A DNA stretch of 64,000 bases from Kiritimatiellia bacterium. GTDB taxonomy: Bacteria > Verrucomicrobiota > Kiritimatiellia > RFP12 > UBA1067. The position numbers and the translations under genes were made by a program. Numbering within the stretch: position 1 is the stretch's first letter; every line of letters begins with the position of its first letter. The stretch covers positions 8,313 through 72,312 of the forward strand of contig JAZSQE010000051.1 in assembly GCA_045537795.1 (NCBI GenBank). The letters run 5' to 3'. The notes under the pieces were generated by a model. That model had not been told where the DNA came from, did no database searches, and saw only the letters and a list, made by a program, of their open reading frames with translations. This document shows positions 55,322-63,288 of the stretch, piece by piece.

Positions 55322-55429
55322 ATGAGCAGTAAATCGACATCCTGCGCTCTCAAGCGCGACATTCTGGAATGGCACGTTTCAGAAGAGGTCCTTGCAGTCT
55401 TGCCATCACTAATGACGAAAGGAATGTGA
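55322..55429 (+). pseudogene. 35-codon 5' fragment (copy A) of the methyltransferase-like gene family whose intact member starts at 63289
   Basis: MSSKSTSCALKRDILEWHVSEEVLAVLPSLMTKGM. The core gacattctggaatggcacgtt.c.gaagaggt is shared with copies at 62311 and 63120. Preceded by TGTATAAT at 55291. Confidence 0.55.
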
Positions 55430-55430
55430 A

Positions 55431-56348
55431 ATGAAGAAACATGGCGAAAAGGAATTGCGTAAGTTGCCCGCAGATGGAAAGATTGCGTATCTGATCAAGC
55501 CCATTCTAAAAGTGCTTCAGGACGCCGGTGGTCAGTTGGAGCGGTCCGAGATAAAGGAGCGCATAGCCGACATTGACGATCAGATTGCGGAATACGCAGA
55601 GGAAGTGAAGCAGTCCAAGAGGACGGGGAACACGTACAAGGAATTCAATTTCAAGTTCAACTTCGCCATCAAGGATCTGCTGTTCAATGACTTGGTGACG
55701 TTTACGCATTCATCGCCTGTTGCGCTAACGGAAAAGGGCGAGAATCTTGACTTGGATAAATTGGACGCCTGGACGATAATTGAGGAGTCGAGAAACCATT
55801 GGGAGAAACTCAGCAAAAGTAAAGCACAGAAGACATTTGATGTTGACGATAGCGAAGAGGAAACGCAGGGCGAAGATAAAATCAAGGACGAGATCAACGA
55901 GAAATTGCTTGCCGCGATAGCGAAAATGTCGCCGAAGAAGTTCGAGGCGTTTTCAAGGGCGTTGCTGACCAAGATGGGGGTCGAGTTCACAGAGAAAGGT
56001 GTTCAGGTCAGCAATGACGGCGGAATCGACGGATATGGTTACCATGTCGATCGGAGCGATTTCCGGACGACGCGTGTGGTGATACAGTGTAAGCGATATA
56101 ATGCTGGACCTGTCCGTGAACCGCAGATCAACGAGTTCTTGGGCGCAATGAACAAGTATCAGGCCGGCTATGGCGTATTCATCACCAACGGAAGGTTCAC
56201 GACTGCGGCGCGGACGGCTGCAAAAGAAGGTTCGCCCATTACGTTGATAGACGGCAACGAACTTGTGAAACTGGTCATACGGTATCAGCTCTATATCAAG
56301 CCTGTTCAAACATACGTGCTGGACGAGTTCTATGATTCGGAAGGGTGA
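55431..56348 (+). CDS. mrr: Mrr-family restriction endonuclease (Mrr_N winged helix plus Mrr catalytic domain)
   Basis: N-terminal IKPILKVLQDAGGQLERSEIKERI. C-terminal SPKKFEAFSRALLTKMG...GGIDGYGY...VVIQCKRY carries the D...QxK nuclease core. Confidence 0.8.
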   Translation: MKKHGEKELRKLPADGKIAYLIKPILKVLQDAGGQLERSEIKERIADIDDQIAEYAEEVKQSKRTGNTYKEFNFKFNFAIKDLLFNDLVTFTHSSPVALTEKGENLDLDKLDAWTIIEESRNHWEKLSKSKAQKTFDVDDSEEETQGEDKIKDEINEKLLAAIAKMSPKKFEAFSRALLTKMGVEFTEKGVQVSNDGGIDGYGYHVDRSDFRTTRVVIQCKRYNAGPVREPQINEFLGAMNKYQAGYGVFITNGRFTTAARTAAKEGSPITLIDGNELVKLVIRYQLYIKPVQTYVLDEFYDSEG

Positions 56349-56461
56349 AATTATCACAAGGGACTTGTCTTATGGCTGTTGCGAAAGTGGGCGTAAGATG
56401 CGCCTTGGTTTTGTTGGCGGTTTTTACCGCGTTGAATCTGTTTGCTGAAGGAGAACCGAAG

Positions 56462-58234
56462 ATGCCGACGCTAAATTGGATGGGTAGGGAAAAGGCGACG
56501 AAGTCCGTCAAGGAGGTCGTCATGAAGATTCTGCGCGAGGACAAGTCGCTGTCGTATGGTTCGGGCGACAACGTTCTTGTGCATGGCGACAACCTGGAGG
56601 CGCTGAAGGCGCTGCTGCCGTTCTATGCCGGGCAGGTGAAGTGCATCTACATCGATCCGCCGTACAACACCGGCTCCGCGTTCGAGCATTACGACGACAA
56701 CCTCGAACATTCCACTTGGCTCAACATGATGTATCCGCGCCTCAAGCTCCTGCGCGAGTTTCTGCGCGAGGACGGCAGCATCTGGATTTCTATCGACGAC
56801 CGAGAGGGCGCGTACCTTCGCGTCATCTGCGACGAGATTTTCGGGCGGCAGAATTTTGTCTCGAACATCTCGTGGCAACGCACATACTCCACGCGCAACG
56901 ATGCAAAGGGAATCGTCAACGAGGTCGAACACATCCTCGTCTATTCCAAACGCGAGGGCTGGCAGCCGAAGAAACTGGCGCGAACGGAGGAGATGGACAA
57001 AAAGTATAAAAACCTCGACAATGACCCAAATGGTCCTTGGCGGAGTGACAATGCGTATGCCGCTGATGCCAACACTCATCAAGGGATGGTCTATGCAATT
57101 CAGCACCCGTTTACTGGTGAATTACTATATCCAACGACCAGTTCTCATTGGCGTTACGCTCAGGAAGAAATGCTTCGACACATGAACGGCTGGTGTCCGT
57201 ATGAATTGCGTGAGATAGATGATGCAGATAGGCGGGCGGCGATTTGCGGCGTCGGGGTTGATGAAGTACGCAAGGGTGTGAAAGCGATAATGCTGGTGGG
57301 TACAGGAGGGCGAGCGTCCACGCAAGCCGCTACGGAAACCGGCGCGATTTCGGCTCGCGTGGACGCTCGCCCTCCCGAGATGTTCGGTGAATCGCGGAAG
57401 ATGGCGATGGAGGTTTTGAAGAAAGGGCCGTGGCCGAAGTTCTTCTTCAGTAAAAATGGCCAAGGCGGTATTGCACGTAAGACTTATCTTTCCGCCGTTG
57501 GCGATGTGCCGCCGACGAATCTGTTTGAATACAAGGATGTCGGGCATACGGACGAGGCGAAGAAGGAAGTGCTGAAGGTGTTTGATGGGCAGTCACCGTT
57601 TGCGACGCCGAAGCCGGAGAGGTTGATCAAGCGCGTGTTGGAGATTGCGACGGATGAGGGCGATTTGGTTCTTGATTCGTTCTTGGGAAGCGGAACGACA
57701 ACGGCGGTTGCGCACAAGATGGGGCGGCGGTGGATTGGCATCGAGATGGGCGAACACGCGAAGACGCATTGCGCGGTTAGGATGAAGAAGGTGGTGGACG
57801 GCGAGCAGGGCGGAATCTCCAAGGCGGTGAAGTGGCAGGGCGGCGGCGGTTTCCGTTACTACGAGCTGGGCGAGGCGATCTTGAACGAGGACGGTTCGCT
57901 GACGTGTGACATTCCGTTTGACGTGATGGCGGCGCATGTTTGGTTCTCCGAAACGAAGACACCTTATATTGGCGGCAAGAAATCCACGGTGCTTGGCGTA
58001 TATGGGGGAACGGCGTATGTGCTTCTGTACAACGGCATCCTCAAGGACAGGAGCGTAAACGGCGGCAATGTGCTGACGCGCAAGACGCTAGAGGTGATAC
58101 AGGCGGACTTGTCGGGGCATGACTATGAGAAGATCGTCGTCTATGGCGAGGCGTGTCGTTTGATGGCGCCGACATTGGAGGCGTTGAAGATCGAGTTCCG
58201 CCAGACGCCATACGATTTGGTGACGAGGAGATGA
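56462..58234 (+). CDS. mod: Type III restriction-modification Mod subunit (beta-class N6-adenine DNA methyltransferase)
   Basis: GAAGGAG SD 8 nt upstream. MPTLNWMGREKA, HGDNLEALKALLPFYAGQVKCIYIDPPYNTG (motif IV) and DSFLGSGTTTAVAHKMGRRWIGIE (motif I). Confidence 0.85.
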   Translation: MPTLNWMGREKATKSVKEVVMKILREDKSLSYGSGDNVLVHGDNLEALKALLPFYAGQVKCIYIDPPYNTGSAFEHYDDNLEHSTWLNMMYPRLKLLREFLREDGSIWISIDDREGAYLRVICDEIFGRQNFVSNISWQRTYSTRNDAKGIVNEVEHILVYSKREGWQPKKLARTEEMDKKYKNLDNDPNGPWRSDNAYAADANTHQGMVYAIQHPFTGELLYPTTSSHWRYAQEEMLRHMNGWCPYELREIDDADRRAAICGVGVDEVRKGVKAIMLVGTGGRASTQAATETGAISARVDARPPEMFGESRKMAMEVLKKGPWPKFFFSKNGQGGIARKTYLSAVGDVPPTNLFEYKDVGHTDEAKKEVLKVFDGQSPFATPKPERLIKRVLEIATDEGDLVLDSFLGSGTTTAVAHKMGRRWIGIEMGEHAKTHCAVRMKKVVDGEQGGISKAVKWQGGGGFRYYELGEAILNEDGSLTCDIPFDVMAAHVWFSETKTPYIGGKKSTVLGVYGGTAYVLLYNGILKDRSVNGGNVLTRKTLEVIQADLSGHDYEKIVVYGEACRLMAPTLEALKIEFRQTPYDLVTRR

Positions 58235-58239
58235 AAGGG

Positions 58240-59397
58240 ATGAACGACTTTGACAAGTACTACGAATCTGAAGAGCCGGGGCGCCGCGAACGCGCGTACG
58301 GTTGGGCGACGGCCATCGGCCTTCAGGATGTCGATGGGCTCAAGCCGTCGCACTACCTCATTGAGACCGCGAAACGAAACATCGAGGGCGAGATTTCCGC
58401 CGATGAAGCCCGTCGGCTTGTCGATGAGTATTACGAAGTCAGGGGCGAACACGACATTCCCGAAGATACGGTCGAGGCAGACAAGGTTTCCGCGAGAATC
58501 AACCAGCTCATCCGTTCCCCGTCCTTCCGTCTCGACCCGGAGTTCTACATTGCCCTGCACGGTCAAATTTTCGAGGGCGTATTCCCGCATGCCGGCAGCA
58601 TTCGCACCGTCAATATCTCAAAGCGCGAATGGGTCCTCAACGGCGACACGGTCGATTACGAAATCGAATCCGAGATTGAAAAAACGCTGGCATACGATTT
58701 TGCCCAGGAAGCGAAATTCAAGTACAAGGGACTGTCGGAGGATCGTTTTATTGAGCATTTCGCGTCTTTCATCTCAAATATCTGGCAGGTACACCCTTTC
58801 CGCGAGGGTAATACGCGCACAACGGCACTTTTTGCCATAAAGTATTTGCGCTCAAAGGGTTTCTCCGTGGAAAACAACTTGTTTGCGCAAAAATCATTCT
58901 ATTTCAGGAATGCACTTGTGCGCGCCAATTACGCGAATCAAAGCCTTGGTGTTGAAAGGACGACACTGTATCTGGAGGAGTTCTTCAAGGTGCTGCTGTA
59001 TGGCGATGAAATTGAACTCCACAACCGCTTTCTTAAAATCGGGCAGGAATACGGTACGACGGCTGCCGCCGCAATAGCCGATTTGCACCGACAGGATGAC
59101 GTAATAAATGGCGTAATAAACAAGCCCGATGTCGGGATAAATGTCGGGATAAAACATGTTGACGACGTAATAAACCGACAGGATGACGTAATAAATGGCG
59201 TAATAAAATTTACCGAGAAAGAGGAATTCGCCGTAAAAGCATTTATTCGAGATCCCAAACTATCTGCTATGAAATTAGCCGACCTGATAGGCGTAAAGCA
59301 TCGTCAAGCACAGCGTATCATCGCGTCGCTTAAGGAAAAGGCCGGGCTTCGCCGCGAGGGAGCCCGGAAGAACGGGCGTTGGGTATTCGGAGGGTAA
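58240..59397 (+). CDS. Fic-family protein with a divergent motif, located between mod and res
   Basis: HPFREGNTRTTALF is a variant of HxFx(D/E)GNGRxxR. ATG 58231 overlaps the mod stop (ATGA); ATG 58240 has better SD spacing. The C-terminal region has the internal repeats RQDDVINGVI x2 and an HTH-like end. Confidence 0.75.
   Translation: MNDFDKYYESEEPGRRERAYGWATAIGLQDVDGLKPSHYLIETAKRNIEGEISADEARRLVDEYYEVRGEHDIPEDTVEADKVSARINQLIRSPSFRLDPEFYIALHGQIFEGVFPHAGSIRTVNISKREWVLNGDTVDYEIESEIEKTLAYDFAQEAKFKYKGLSEDRFIEHFASFISNIWQVHPFREGNTRTTALFAIKYLRSKGFSVENNLFAQKSFYFRNALVRANYANQSLGVERTTLYLEEFFKVLLYGDEIELHNRFLKIGQEYGTTAAAAIADLHRQDDVINGVINKPDVGINVGIKHVDDVINRQDDVINGVIKFTEKEEFAVKAFIRDPKLSAMKLADLIGVKHRQAQRIIASLKEKAGLRREGARKNGRWVFGG
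59087..59207 (+). repeat. Perfect 34-nt direct repeat (period 87 nt, in frame) in the Fic C-terminal region
   Basis: accgacaggatgacgtaataaatggcgtaataaa occurs at 59087-59120 and 59174-59207. Confidence 0.9.
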
Positions 59398-59401
59398 TGT
59401 A

Positions 59402-62092
59402 ATGAGCATGACATTAACGAGATATCAAAACAACACGCTGGCCGCAGTCAAGGCGTATTTCGAGAGGTGCGCGTTCGAGTCGCCGGAGGCTGCCTACAAG
59501 ACGGTGACGGCGCAAGGCGACACGCGGCTGCGCCTTGGTGCGGACTATGGCTACAAGTCGCCGAACGGGATGGAGGACGTGCCAACTGTCTGCATCAAGG
59601 TTCCGACAGGCGGCGGCAAGACGATACTTGCGGCGCATTCGCTGAAGATCGTCGCCGAGGCGCAGTCAAAGGATTATCCGTTCGTGGTGTGGTTCGCGCC
59701 GAGCGACACGATACGGAAGCAGACTGCGGATGTATTCAAGAACGTACGGCATCCCTATCGGCAGGAACTTGACCGTCAGTTCGAAGGACGCGTCAAGGTG
59801 TTCGACCTTGACGAGAAGTTCCAGATATTGCCGGAGGACATCGCGGACAACCTTTGCATCGTCGTTAGCACCGTTCAGGCGTTCGTTCATGAGGAAACCG
59901 GCAAGTACAACGTCTATCGGCATAACGAAGACATGGAGCGGCATTTCGGCGGTATCGCGCTTGAGCCCGGCATGGAGGCGCAGGACGCGGCTGTTGGCGG
60001 CGATCCGACGAAGCCTAAGTTTTCTTTCGCCAATCTTCTGTGCCACTTGCGTCCGATCATCATTGTTGACGAAGCGCATCACATGGTGACAGACCTATCG
60101 CAGAAGTCGCTGGTGCGTCTGAATCCAAGCGCCGTCTTGGGGTTGACGGCGACGCCGGGACGTGACAACAACGTCCTTTACAGCGTCTATGCGCAGGAGC
60201 TTTTTGACGAAGAGATGGTCAAGTTGCCGATTGAGCTGACGGAGTACAAGCTTGACTGGGAAAAGGCCGTCATTTCAGCAAACGCCAAACGTGCGCAGTT
60301 GGCGAAGCTTGCGGCGGCAGAGAATGCCGCAAAAGAGGGTAAATATGTCCGGCCGATTGTCTTGTTCCAGGCAACGCCGAAGAACGGCGATGTTCCAGTC
60401 GAAAAGCTGAAGGCGTATCTGACGGATACGCTGAAGATTCCGGAAGAAGAAATCAAGATCGCAACAGGCGACCAGAAGGAACTGGATGATGTCGATGTAA
60501 TGGATTCAGCCTGTAAGGTCAATTATGTCATCACCGTCCAAGCGTTGAAGGAAGGATGGGATTGCCCGTTCGCATATGTTTTCTGTTCGCTTGCAAACGT
60601 CGGCAGCAGTAAGGACACGATTCAGTTATTGGGGCGTGTGATGCGCATGCCGTATGCAAAACGGCGCAAAACGCGCGAATTGAACCGTGCGTATGCGTTC
60701 GTTATGAGCAAGGAGTTCGGTTCCGCCGCCAAGGAACTGACGGAAGGACTCAAGAAGAAGGGTTTTTCGGAGGTTGAGGCATTCAAGGCCGTGCAGGAGA
60801 ATCTGCCGGAGATAGGCGACCAGGGCGATTTGTTTTCCGTGCCGTCCGATGTGGTCAAGTTGGACAAGGCGACGCTGGATGGCCTGGTTTTGCCTGCGGG
60901 AATCAAGGTTCAGGATTTTGCAAGCGGCGACGGCGAGATACAGCTTTCTGGAGCTGAGGATGACGGAGAGATAGCGCAAGTGGCCGTGCAGCTTGCAAGA
61001 AATGGCTTGCAAGAAAAGGCGCATGAACTTAAGCTCAAGCACCAGAAGAAGAAGGTACAAGTTGCGGCGCCGGTTCCGGCAAAGGGCCATCCATGGAGGT
61101 TCCCGAGGCTTGGCGTTGAGATAGACGGGGACAGTCTGTTTTCGACGGACGCTGTCTATGAGACGATTGGGGACTCCATTCTTGCTTTTCTGCCGGAAGC
61201 GTTGTCTGCGAACGAAATATCAATTAGCGGAAACGACGGAAAAACTTTCATACTGAAACTGGACGGCAACGAGATGACCGCACGGTTTGCGGCAGATGCG
61301 CATACCGAGTATCTAAAAGGATTCTCAGGCAAGATTGAAGAGGCCGATGTCGTGAATGTGCTGGACGGAATTACCAAGGATTGCGTGTTATTGTTGCAGT
61401 CTGAAAAGCGGCATTGGTTGACTCGGATCGTTTCCGACCTTCTGGTCAATCATGACATGACCTGCGAGCAGATGGTTTTAGCGCGCTTCCAGATCAAGCA
61501 ACGGCTGGAATGGCATTTGAGCGAGGCGCTTGGCAAGGCAAGGCGCAAGGCGTACCAGCAGACCTTCTGTCTTGGCGGTGATTACAGGCTTTCTTTGGAT
61601 ATGCCCGGTGGGTTTGTGCTCGACGAAAACGTATATGCGGGTAATGCTGATGTTTACAACGGAAGTTGGCGGTTTAAAAAGCACTATTTGGGGACTTATG
61701 CTATACCGAAGTTTGACGGCAAGAAGCCATTTGGCGAGGGAGAGGAATTTGAATGTGCAAAGCTGATTGATTCGTCGGCAAAAGTTCTTTATTGGCTCAG
61801 GAACAAGGATTCCGATTCGGCTTCGTTTCGCTTGCCAATGGGTGGCAGGACGGAGTGGTTCTATCCTGACTTTATCGGAGAACTTGTTGACGGTCGACTT
61901 TTTGTTTTGGAATACAAGGGAGAACTTACAGGGCAGTCTGCCGATACGATCGAAAAGACGGCCATCGGGAAACTCTGGGCCGCGCAAGACAGCTCCCGAT
62001 ATGTTTATGCTACGATATACGGTTCCGCGCCAAGTGGCTTGACCGTGGCGCAACAGATAGAAGAGGCCTTCAAGAATCGAGGTAAAATGTAG
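59402..62092 (+). CDS. res: Type III restriction enzyme Res subunit (SF2 helicase plus C-terminal PD-(D/E)xK nuclease)
   Basis: VPTGGGKT (Walker A), IIVDEAHH (DEAH box), and C-terminal YPDFIGEL...FVLEYKG (nuclease motif). Confidence 0.85.
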   Translation: MSMTLTRYQNNTLAAVKAYFERCAFESPEAAYKTVTAQGDTRLRLGADYGYKSPNGMEDVPTVCIKVPTGGGKTILAAHSLKIVAEAQSKDYPFVVWFAPSDTIRKQTADVFKNVRHPYRQELDRQFEGRVKVFDLDEKFQILPEDIADNLCIVVSTVQAFVHEETGKYNVYRHNEDMERHFGGIALEPGMEAQDAAVGGDPTKPKFSFANLLCHLRPIIIVDEAHHMVTDLSQKSLVRLNPSAVLGLTATPGRDNNVLYSVYAQELFDEEMVKLPIELTEYKLDWEKAVISANAKRAQLAKLAAAENAAKEGKYVRPIVLFQATPKNGDVPVEKLKAYLTDTLKIPEEEIKIATGDQKELDDVDVMDSACKVNYVITVQALKEGWDCPFAYVFCSLANVGSSKDTIQLLGRVMRMPYAKRRKTRELNRAYAFVMSKEFGSAAKELTEGLKKKGFSEVEAFKAVQENLPEIGDQGDLFSVPSDVVKLDKATLDGLVLPAGIKVQDFASGDGEIQLSGAEDDGEIAQVAVQLARNGLQEKAHELKLKHQKKKVQVAAPVPAKGHPWRFPRLGVEIDGDSLFSTDAVYETIGDSILAFLPEALSANEISISGNDGKTFILKLDGNEMTARFAADAHTEYLKGFSGKIEEADVVNVLDGITKDCVLLLQSEKRHWLTRIVSDLLVNHDMTCEQMVLARFQIKQRLEWHLSEALGKARRKAYQQTFCLGGDYRLSLDMPGGFVLDENVYAGNADVYNGSWRFKKHYLGTYAIPKFDGKKPFGEGEEFECAKLIDSSAKVLYWLRNKDSDSASFRLPMGGRTEWFYPDFIGELVDGRLFVLEYKGELTGQSADTIEKTAIGKLWAAQDSSRYVYATIYGSAPSGLTVAQQIEEAFKNRGKM

Positions 62093-62242
62093 ACTGCTGG
62101 TAGGAGTGGATACGGGAGAGACAAGACCTTGTTGATGGAGCAGAAATGGTGGCGTAGAGACTATGGCGATGCCGCAGAGAGACGACACGATAGAGGCGAT
62201 TTATCTCCAGGGTCGTGTTTTATTCATAAAATCGGCGGTATT

Positions 62243-62251
62243 TGGTATAAT
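62243..62251 (+). promoter_or_regulatory. Extended -10 TGGTATAAT preceding 5' fragment copy B
   Basis: Exact TGnTATAAT match, 14 nt before the ATG at 62266. Confidence 0.4.
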
Positions 62252-62265
62252 TCTCACATATGTAA

Positions 62266-62355
62266 ATGATGGAATCAAGATGGGCGCAATGGAAAAACCG
62301 CATTCAATCAGACATTCTGGAATGGCACGTTCCGGAAGAGGTGCTGTCGGTTTGA
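62266..62355 (+). pseudogene. 29-codon 5' fragment (copy B) of the methyltransferase-like gene family
   Basis: MMESRWAQWKNRIQSDILEWHVPEEVLSV then stop. About 100 nt is alignable with 63072-63170. Confidence 0.55.
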
Positions 62356-62358
62356 TTC

Positions 62359-62367
62359 TGGTATAAT
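62359..62367 (+). promoter_or_regulatory. Extended -10 TGGTATAAT preceding the HsdR N-terminal fragment
   Basis: Exact match, followed by AAGGAGGA and the ATG at 62398. Confidence 0.4.
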
Positions 62368-62397
62368 ATCGCAAGAGATGAAGGAGGAGAGCTTTTT

Positions 62398-62526
62398 ATG
62401 GTTTTAGATAAATCGGATATGACCGAAGAAGACGTCAAGTTGCAGTACATAACTCCTGCGATATTGGCGAAGTGGGATTGTGGCCATGTTACGATGGAAA
62501 CCAAAAAACTCGGAGACGCGAAGTGA
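62398..62526 (+). pseudogene. 42-codon fragment resembling the N-terminus of a type I restriction enzyme R subunit (HSDR_N-type)
   Basis: MVLDKSDMTEEDVKLQYITPAILAKWDCGHVTMETK... matches the (S/T)EExxKxxxIxPALxxxGW pattern, then stops after 42 codons. Confidence 0.5.
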
Positions 62527-63062
62527 GTGACGACCTTTCCGAATATCTGCGGACGCTTGGCTACACCGTGGAGAACGACATATTTGCGGATAACTCCTTC
62601 TATTTTCGGAATGCGCTTGTAAGGGTGAACTATACCAATGTTCCAAAGGGAATTCATCCGACGCTTGTCTATCTTGAACGGTTCTTCGCCAATCTGCTGC
62701 TCGGCGAGAACAACGAGTTGAAAAGCAGGTATCTTCTTGTTGGGCTCCACGAAGAGCCGAAGTCACTTGCTTCTTCGGAAAGGGAGCAAGTAAGGGAACA
62801 AGTAAGGGAACAAGTAAACATGGAGGTGCCGAAGGGCGTTGCACGACTCCTGAAAGTGCTCAAGGGCGAAATGTCGGTATTGGATATGATGGTGGCGCTC
62901 AAGCTTGGCGGACGGCGCAACTTCCTCGAAAAATATCTTACGCCGTCAATCGAACTCGGCCTTGTCGAGATGACGCAGCCCAATTCGCCGCGCTCGCCCA
63001 CGCAGAAGTACCGGCTCACCGCGAAGGGGAAGCGTTCTACGCGCGGAGAGCAGTTGGTATAA
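62523..63062 (+). pseudogene. C-terminal remnant of a Fic-family gene; the catalytic motif region is missing
   Basis: LSEYLRTLGYTVENDIFADNSFYFRNALVRVNYTN...LVYLERFFANLLLGENNELKSRYLLVG parallels LRSKGFSVENNLFAQKSFYFRNALVRANYAN...TLYLEEFFKVLLYGDEIELHNRFLKIG of the 58240 gene. No HxFxxGNxR is present. It contains a 3 x 12-nt repeat at 62784-62819 (EQVREQVREQV). Confidence 0.6.
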
Positions 63063-63063
63063 T
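63055..63063 (+). promoter_or_regulatory. Extended -10 TGGTATAAT preceding 5' fragment copy C
   Basis: Exact match; it overlaps the last codons of the Fic remnant. Confidence 0.4.
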
Positions 63064-63088
63064 ACACGCAAATGGAAATGATGGAATC

Positions 63089-63247
63089 ATGGCAGGCGTA
63101 ATGACAAAAAACCGTATTCAATCAGATATTTTGGAATGGTCCCTTCCGAAAGAGGTTCTGTCGGTTTTGCTGAAAGACCGCACGACAGGTGATTTCGTAT
63201 TTCCAAAAGTTCACACACTGTGTAAACTTTTGTCTTTGTCTCGCTAG
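63089..63247 (+). pseudogene. 52-codon 5' fragment (copy C) of the methyltransferase-like gene family
   Basis: MAGVMTKNRIQSDILEWSLPKEVLSVLLKDRTTGDFVFPKVHTLCKLLSLSR then stop. It aligns with the N-terminus of the intact gene (DILESEIPRDVLDILLKDRTTGKNILW). Confidence 0.6.
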
Positions 63248-63268
63248 TGCCATTAAGTGCTGATATTT

Positions 63269-63277
63269 TGATATAAT
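63269..63277 (+). promoter_or_regulatory. Extended -10 TGATATAAT directly upstream of the intact methyltransferase-like gene
   Basis: Exact TGnTATAAT match, ending 11 nt before the ATG at 63289. Confidence 0.4.
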
Positions 63278-63288
63278 TCTTGGTAAGA

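Noticed and set aside
56345-56461. 39-codon N-terminal extension of the Mod ORF starting at GTG 56345
   Set aside because: It is a hydrophobic, non-conserved-looking peptide. A strong GAAGGAG SD precedes ATG 56462, which yields the typical Mod N-terminus MPTLNWMGREKA.
62163-62366. 67-aa tracked ORF (MAMPQRDDTIEAIY...)
   Set aside because: It reads the repeated promoter and 5'-fragment segment in a frame different from the one conserved among the four copies (…DILEW…EEVLSV…), so it is most likely non-coding.
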